From Bradyrhizobium sp. (GTDB lineage Bacteria > Pseudomonadota > Alphaproteobacteria > Rhizobiales > Xanthobacteraceae): a stretch of DNA of 64,000 bases. Under the pieces are notes generated by a model. That model had not been told where the DNA came from, made no database searches, and worked only from the letters and a program-made list of their open reading frames with translations. The translations under genes and the position numbers were made by a program. Below, in pieces: positions 58,483 through 64,000 of this stretch (position 1 is the stretch's first letter; every line of letters starts with the position of its first letter). The stretch covers positions 3,719-67,718 of the forward strand of contig DATANB010000083.1 of assembly GCA_036266415.1 (NCBI GenBank), in the 5' to 3' direction.

Positions 58483-59037
58483 ATGGCACAAACTCTTTCG
58501 ACTTCTATCACAAGGCGAGGCGTGGTCGTAGCAGGGCTGGCGCTGGCCGCCGCCCCGATGGCTTTGGCGGGTGCGGATAACGCCTACGCGCAACAGACCA
58601 CCCCTGAAAAAAGTCTGTACGAGCGACTGGGCGGCGTCTTCGCCATCGCGGCGGTGGTGGATTATTTCAGCGACGCCGTCGTCAAGAACCCCATCGTCGG
58701 CCAGAAGTCGAAGAACCCACAACTGCGGGAATGGCACACCAAGAACCTGGGAAGGCTGCCCGGCCTCAAATTCATGCGAACGCTGTGGGTCTGCAACATT
58801 TCGGGTGGGCCGTTCCAGTACACCGCCACCAAGCCCGGCACGACGTCGCTCGGCCTCGAGGAGGCCCACCGGAATCTCCGGATTTCCCCCGCGGAATTCG
58901 ATGAGGTTGCAGCCGAACTCGGACGGACCCTGGATTTCTTCAAGGTGCCGAAGCCCGAGAAGGGACAGGTGCTGGCAGCCTTCGCCGCCCACAAAGGCGA
59001 AGTCACCGCCGGCTACACCACGGCCAAGCGCGGCTGA
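58483..59037 (+). CDS. Group I truncated haemoglobin with a Tat signal peptide
   Basis: SD AGGAGG; TRRGVV...AYA signal; SLYERLGG, GGP..Y, AH..L.IS..EFD. Confidence 0.85.
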   Translation: MAQTLSTSITRRGVVVAGLALAAAPMALAGADNAYAQQTTPEKSLYERLGGVFAIAAVVDYFSDAVVKNPIVGQKSKNPQLREWHTKNLGRLPGLKFMRTLWVCNISGGPFQYTATKPGTTSLGLEEAHRNLRISPAEFDEVAAELGRTLDFFKVPKPEKGQVLAAFAAHKGEVTAGYTTAKRG

Positions 59038-59099
59038 CGCATCCAGTACACGGTCTGGACAAATGCCGCCCAGCTTTGGCTGGGCGGTGAACGCTGGCT

Positions 59100-59894
59100 T
59101 TACCGTCCCCGAAAGATCGGCTTTCTTCGTTCATTGAACGCCAGCACGCCTTCCCGGCGGTCTTCGGTGGAGACCAGGCGATTGTAGGCCTCGATCTCGA
59201 ACGCCAGGCCATCCCACAATGACATCTGGATGCCGCGATGAATGGCTTGCTTGGCCTGACGTACCGCGACCGGTCCGTTCGCCGCGATGCGTCGGGCGAT
59301 GGCAATCGTGGCCTCCAGGAGTTCTGCGGATTCAACTACCCGATTGACAAGCCCCCAAGCTTCCGCCTCCGCGGCGGTGAAGGGAAGGCCGGAAAGGATA
59401 AGCTCCTTCGCCCTGCGCTCGCCGACAGCCCGGGCCAAATTCTGAGTACCACCCGCTCCCGGCATGATTCCAAGCGTGACCTCGGTCAAGGCAAAGCGCG
59501 CATGAGTGGCGGCATAGACGAAATCCGAGGCCGCCGCGATCTCGCAGCCACCGCCATAGGCCGCGCCGTTGACGGCAGCCAGCAGCGGGATTGGGCACCC
59601 CAGCATCGCCCGCACCATTCGTTCGAAGATCAGATGCTGCGACCGCCAGCTTTCGTCGGTCATTCCGTTGCGCTCTTTGAGATCTCCGCCGGCGCAGAAC
59701 GCCTTGTTGCCGCTACCGGTGACGATCACAACCCGCAGCTCCTCCAGGTCGATCGAGAGCTTTTCGAACAACTCCACGAGATCCAGCCCCATCCGCGTAT
59801 TCAATGCGTTGGACACCTCGGGCCGGTTGAGCGTGACAAGCAGGATGTGATCGTCGACCCGGGAAGCGACAATTGTCTCAAAATCACGGCTCAT
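59100..59894 (-). CDS. Enoyl-CoA hydratase/isomerase family protein
   Basis: LNRPE..NA, AFCAGGDLKE, GGGCE, EVTLGIMPGAGGTQ. Confidence 0.92.
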   Translation of the reverse strand: MSRDFETIVASRVDDHILLVTLNRPEVSNALNTRMGLDLVELFEKLSIDLEELRVVIVTGSGNKAFCAGGDLKERNGMTDESWRSQHLIFERMVRAMLGCPIPLLAAVNGAAYGGGCEIAAASDFVYAATHARFALTEVTLGIMPGAGGTQNLARAVGERRAKELILSGLPFTAAEAEAWGLVNRVVESAELLEATIAIARRIAANGPVAVRQAKQAIHRGIQMSLWDGLAFEIEAYNRLVSTEDRREGVLAFNERRKPIFRGR

Positions 59895-60062
59895 CCAATT
59901 CTCCCCCGGCACGCCTAAGCCTCATATTCCGTCGGTGTTCGCCTGGAGGCAACCTCCGAAGGAGGTTTGGACGAGAACGTTATGTAGGGATCGCCCCGCG
60001 GATCGCCGACGTTATTTGCCCGGCCGGCTGTTGTGCTGATTGCAACGCGATTCTAGTGCGAT

Positions 60063-61463
60063 TCAACCCAGTCTATTCAGAGTATTTCGTATCGTCGTGA
60101 ATATCCCGCCGATATCCTTCCGTATTGAATCAAGCGTCGAGAAATGTTCAAAAACCTGGGCAATTCTCCCGTCGATCTCATGCTTGCTCCTGGAGAGCGC
60201 CTCCACGCGTGAATCAAGCTTTTCATCGCGGCTCAATTCGATCTCATCCAGCGTCCTGGTTATATGATCGCGACTGGCATGCACCTCGCCGATCAAGGCC
60301 TCGATGCCGAATACCGGTGCCTGCAGGGGAACAAGTTCGGTCTGCGACCTGGCCAGGTCATCCTTGAACTGGTTCAGCCTCGCTAACGAATCCTGTAATG
60401 TTCTTAGACGCAAACGAGATTGTATGACGAATTCGTTCAGCGCGTTCAGGCGATCGGCGAGGCTGCTGCCGCCAGAATCTGTCTCGACCTCCGCAAATGA
60501 ACGCTCCAGCTGCGCCTCGCGTTCACCGAGTTCTTCAAATTCCAGCCGGATCGCATTCAGAATATTGAAGGACCCGTCGAGGCGGGCAACCTTCTGCTCG
60601 ATCTCGAGCTTGCCGTTCGAGAGCGCTTCCACGCGCGAACTCAGCTTTTCGACGTCGCTCGTTTCGAACTCATCGAGGCTAATATTCAACTGATCGCGAC
60701 GAATGCGCAATTCATCGATCAGGGCGTTGATCCCTGCTTCCGGCGCCCGCAGGGGCACAAGCTCGGCCTGGGATTTGCTCATTTCCTCCTTAAACCGGTT
60801 CAACGTCGCCATTGACTCCTGCAGAACGTTTAGCCGTGCCAGAATCAGTGATACGTCCTGGTCCAGTTCCTTCAAACGAACGGCAAGATTGTTTTTTCCG
60901 TCGTCGACCTCCAACTCCGTCAGCGACCTGTCAAGCAGGCGCTGACGATCCCTGAGTTCGCCAAATAGAGGTTCGATCGCCCGCCGTTTTTCGGCAACGC
61001 CGCCGATCGTCTCCCGAAGTGCCTGTTGGCGGCGCCGGATGTCGTCCACCCGAGCCTGCATGTCGACAGCTTCGTACCGGCCCTGCTGGGAAGTCGCCCT
61101 TTGCTCGGTATCCGCAAGCTTTTTCTGAAGCGATGAGATCGCTTCCTCGGGGTTGCTGTCGAAGAGATTCTGGACAGCGGTATCGAAATTGTTCTGCGAT
61201 ACATGCCCGATCACGGTGTCTCGCCGGATTCCATTGAAGCGAGCGCGCAATAATCTGAGGTCCTTGTCCTGGCGTGCAAGCCTGTAGGCTTGCCAGATTG
61301 CCGACCCGATCAGCGATAATGCCGCCAATGCCATGACGCCGGCCGCAAGCCGCTGCGGCGCGGGCAACGCAGAGAGCTGACCAGGGTCGAGGCCGAGGGT
61401 CTCCTTTGCAAAGAACGCTGAGGCACCCAACAGCAGCATCCAGGCAAACAAGCGAAGCCACAT
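60063..61463 (-). CDS. Membrane-anchored long coiled-coil protein with an internal ~140-aa duplication
   Basis: Two N-terminal hydrophobic segments then heptads; ATG 61463 preferred over 61823. Confidence 0.7.
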   Translation of the reverse strand: MWLRLFAWMLLLGASAFFAKETLGLDPGQLSALPAPQRLAAGVMALAALSLIGSAIWQAYRLARQDKDLRLLRARFNGIRRDTVIGHVSQNNFDTAVQNLFDSNPEEAISSLQKKLADTEQRATSQQGRYEAVDMQARVDDIRRRQQALRETIGGVAEKRRAIEPLFGELRDRQRLLDRSLTELEVDDGKNNLAVRLKELDQDVSLILARLNVLQESMATLNRFKEEMSKSQAELVPLRAPEAGINALIDELRIRRDQLNISLDEFETSDVEKLSSRVEALSNGKLEIEQKVARLDGSFNILNAIRLEFEELGEREAQLERSFAEVETDSGGSSLADRLNALNEFVIQSRLRLRTLQDSLARLNQFKDDLARSQTELVPLQAPVFGIEALIGEVHASRDHITRTLDEIELSRDEKLDSRVEALSRSKHEIDGRIAQVFEHFSTLDSIRKDIGGIFTTIRNTLNRLG

Positions 61464-62006
61464 TGGATTCCCCCAAATCGTCTCTGCCGACAACCCGCCC
61501 GGATTTATAATGCAAGACCGGAGCATAAAGAGAGAAATTTGGTTCTCGGCCGCGGCAATTCTGTCGGGTTTTGCCGGTTCGGCAACCTTTGCCTGCAGGC
61601 GACTCGATTTAAGCCATACCGGTTGGCGAATAAGGCGCGATTTGCCCCGACGGGCTGTGATTTGGCTGTCCTTGGCAACGGCATCGCGTATGACTGCGCC
61701 TTGCTGCTCGCGATCCCGTGAAGCTGCTTCTTTACCTCGGAGGGCACGAAACACTTCGCGGCGGAAACGAAGCCATTTTCCCGGACCGAAGAAAATACCC
61801 GGAAACAGCCGCACGATATCCATGCACTGCTCAGCAATGAGCCCAGCGCGGAAATGATTTTCTGAGAGCCGGGGCTAAGTGGCGTTTAAGTTCCAAGCAA
61901 TTTTGAGCCCGGCAGGCCGCTGGAACATCGTTCCGGCGGCCTTTTTCATTGCCTGGAGTGCTGAGGCCGCGAGGGCGGATGACCATTCCAAGAAAAGTCG
62001 TCCCGG

Positions 62007-62156
62007 CTAATGCCGCTTGAAATACTGCACCTCGCGCTCGTGCTTTTCCGCAGCCGCCCGCGACCTGAAAGTACCGAGATTGCGCCGCTTGCCTGTCTTC
62101 GGATCCACCTTGCGGGAATAGAGCCGGTACTGGCCCGATGACAATTTGCGGATCAT
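62007..62156 (-). CDS. Small basic protein (49 aa), absent from the ORF track
   Basis: Reads MIRKLSSGQYRLYSRKVDPKTGKRRNLGTFRSRAAAEKHEREVQYFKRH*; SD GAGG. Confidence 0.75.
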   Translation of the reverse strand: MIRKLSSGQYRLYSRKVDPKTGKRRNLGTFRSRAAAEKHEREVQYFKRH

Positions 62157-62237
62157 GGCACAAGCGCCTCTTGCGAACTATTTGCCGCGTCAATCGCGAT
62201 TGCCCCGCTCGCGTTCCCCCAAGCTTTCAATTATTTC

Positions 62238-62534
62238 CTAGTTGCGCGCTTTCAGCGACATCATGAACGCGACGATCTCGTCGATCTGATAGTCTGCCAG
62301 GCGCGGGTTCGGCATCGCCTCGTGCGGACCCATGCTGCGGTGGTTCGAACCGAGAAACTCCCTTAACGAGGTTTCTGTCAGCAGCGGCCGCTGCGCCAGC
62401 ACGGCGAAGCTCGGCCCGGGCTGCGCAAGAACCGGGAGTTCGTCGCGTCGCTGCGTGACGACATGACAGGCGCCGCAGACGCGGCTGACGAATTTTCGCC
62501 CGGCCGCGACCTGCTCGTCATTGGGCGTCGACAA
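62238..62534 (-). CDS. Monoheme cytochrome c, apparently lacking a signal peptide (possibly 5'-truncated)
   Basis: CGACH heme motif and distal MP; an in-frame TAG lies shortly upstream of the TTG start. Confidence 0.6.
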   Translation of the reverse strand: MSTPNDEQVAAGRKFVSRVCGACHVVTQRRDELPVLAQPGPSFAVLAQRPLLTETSLREFLGSNHRSMGPHEAMPNPRLADYQIDEIVAFMMSLKARN

Positions 62535-62590
62535 GGCTCCAGTGCGGACGCGCGCAGCACCGGGCCTTGCGAGTAACCCCTAAAACGCAA

Positions 62591-62625
62591 TGATCCGCCA
62601 AAGCGACCTTCGCTTTGGCGGATCA
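62591..62625 (-). terminator. glnII terminator hairpin
   Basis: Perfect 16-bp IR tgatccgccaaagcga/tcgctttggcggatca followed by ttgcgtttt on the minus strand. Confidence 0.75.
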
Positions 62626-62658
62626 CGTTAGCGGCGCCCGGCCGTATGTCGTTCGGCT

Positions 62659-63696
62659 CTAGGCCGCGGCCGCCTTGGCGGAGGTCGGCACGGAAGCGAT
62701 CGTCTTCAGGATCTGGGAAGCGATCTGGTAGGGGTCGCCTTGCGAGTTCGGACGGCGGTCTTCCAGATAGCCCCTGTAGCCGTTATTGGCGAAGCTGTGG
62801 GGAACGCGGATCGAGGCGCCGCGGTCCGCGATACCGTAACTGAAGGTATCGATCGACGCCGTCTCGTGCTTGCCGGTCAGGCGCATGTGGTTGTCCGGAC
62901 CGTAAACCGCGATGTGATCGGCGCGGTTGTTCCTGAACGCTTCCATCAGCTTCTCGAAATAATCCTTGCCGCCGACTTCGCGCATATAGGCGGTGGAGAA
63001 GTTGGCGTGCATGCCGGAGCCGTTCCAGTCGGTGTCGCCAAGCGGCTTGCAATGGAATTCGATATCGACGCCGTACTTCTCGGTCAGGCGCAGCATCAGA
63101 TAGCGGGCCATCCACATCTCGTCAGCGGCCTTCCTGGAGCCTTTGCCGAAGATCTGGAATTCCCACTGGCCCTTCGCCACTTCGGCATTGATGCCTTCGT
63201 GGTTGATGCCGGCTGCGAGGCAGAGGTCGAGATGCTCTTCCACCATCTTGCGCGCGATGTCGCCGACATTCTTGTAACCGACGCCGGTATAATACGGCCC
63301 CTGCGGCGCAGGATAGCCGCTGGAGGGAAAGCCGAGCGGGCGGCCGTCCTTGTAAAAGAAGTATTCCTGCTCATAGCCAAACCAGGCGCCCTCGTCATCG
63401 AGAATGGTGGCGCGCGTGTTCGAGGGGTGCGGGGTCTTGCCATCGGGCATCATGACTTCGCACATCACCAGCGCGCCATTGGTACGCGCGCCGTCCGGAT
63501 AGATGGCGACCGGCTTGAGCACACAATCGGAATTATGGCCTTCCGCCTGCAGGGTCGAGCTTCCGTCGAAGCCCCACAGCGGAAGCTGGTCCAGCGTCGG
63601 AAATGAAGCGAATTCCTTGATCTGCGTCTTGCCGCGCAAATTCGGTGTCGGCGTGTATCCGTCGAGCCAAATATACTCGAGCTTGTACTTGGTCAT
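62659..63696 (-). CDS. glnII: Glutamine synthetase II
   Basis: MTKYKLEYIWLDG, WGFDGSST, EQEY, EVAKGQWEFQ, DWNGSGMH, LEDRRP. Confidence 0.97.
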   Translation of the reverse strand: MTKYKLEYIWLDGYTPTPNLRGKTQIKEFASFPTLDQLPLWGFDGSSTLQAEGHNSDCVLKPVAIYPDGARTNGALVMCEVMMPDGKTPHPSNTRATILDDEGAWFGYEQEYFFYKDGRPLGFPSSGYPAPQGPYYTGVGYKNVGDIARKMVEEHLDLCLAAGINHEGINAEVAKGQWEFQIFGKGSRKAADEMWMARYLMLRLTEKYGVDIEFHCKPLGDTDWNGSGMHANFSTAYMREVGGKDYFEKLMEAFRNNRADHIAVYGPDNHMRLTGKHETASIDTFSYGIADRGASIRVPHSFANNGYRGYLEDRRPNSQGDPYQIASQILKTIASVPTSAKAAAA

Positions 63697-63790
63697 TGAG
63701 CCTCTCATAAGTTGACGATGCGAAGGGTGGGAAACCTAAGCCTGTCGCCCACCACAAGCGTACCCGGCCACCATCGGCCACTCCTTACCA

Positions 63791-63807
63791 AGCAATTAAA
63801 GTGCCAA
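63791..63807 (-). promoter_or_regulatory. Sigma-54 (-24/-12) promoter of glnII
   Basis: TTGGCAC-TTTAA-TTGCT, perfect TGGCAC-N5-TTGC. Confidence 0.9.
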
Positions 63808-64000
63808 AATCGCTGTACTGCAGGACCTTGCCCAAGGCCGAAATCGGTCGCCGCGGATTGGATTGGGGTGCGGCAAAGACGCGCGGCACGCTTCCGGCGG
63901 GGCGCAGAGTTAGTCTGACTCCGGCCCAAACCACGCCTGATTCCGCAGCACCTTGCGATTCCCTTGATCGTTCCGATTAAAGCCGCGGCAGTTGCCGGCA

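Noticed and set aside
63840-63910. NtrC binding sites upstream of the glnII sigma-54 promoter
   Set aside because: Expected biologically, but only partial GCAC/GTGC half-sites are visible; not supportable from sequence alone

Overview
GC-rich alphaproteobacterial chromosome segment. Gene content, glnII and the repeat families point to Bradyrhizobium or a close relative (inference). The core backbone is prfB (programmed +1 frameshift), mrcA, amiC, rne, dctA, an aminotransferase, an M48 protease-DsbA pair, aroQ-accB-accC-aat-DUF2155, NDUFA12, nrdJ and glnII. Accessory genes are interspersed with it. No rRNA, tRNA, CRISPR array, transposase or prophage was seen. The most striking signal is non-coding. 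At least six families of palindromic REP-like elements occur, densest at 43.2-48.9 kb downstream of nrdJ, where they nest inside each other and separate single accessory genes like cassettes. That cluster contains a ~480-nt highly base-paired ORF-less element with a promoter-like leader; the leader recurs 1.8 kb away. One repeat family is inserted in-frame in nrdJ next to the catalytic cysteines. Other points: three clean sigma-EcfG-type promoters ahead of secreted low-complexity proteins, a candidate cation riboswitch before a Na+/H+ antiporter, a DUF4160/DUF2442 toxin-antitoxin-like pair with a hairpin-sequestered start, an orphan AcdA-like desulfinase, a Tat-exported truncated haemoglobin and a 49-aa ORF missing from the ORF track. 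All family assignments come from motif recognition by eye; no searches were run.
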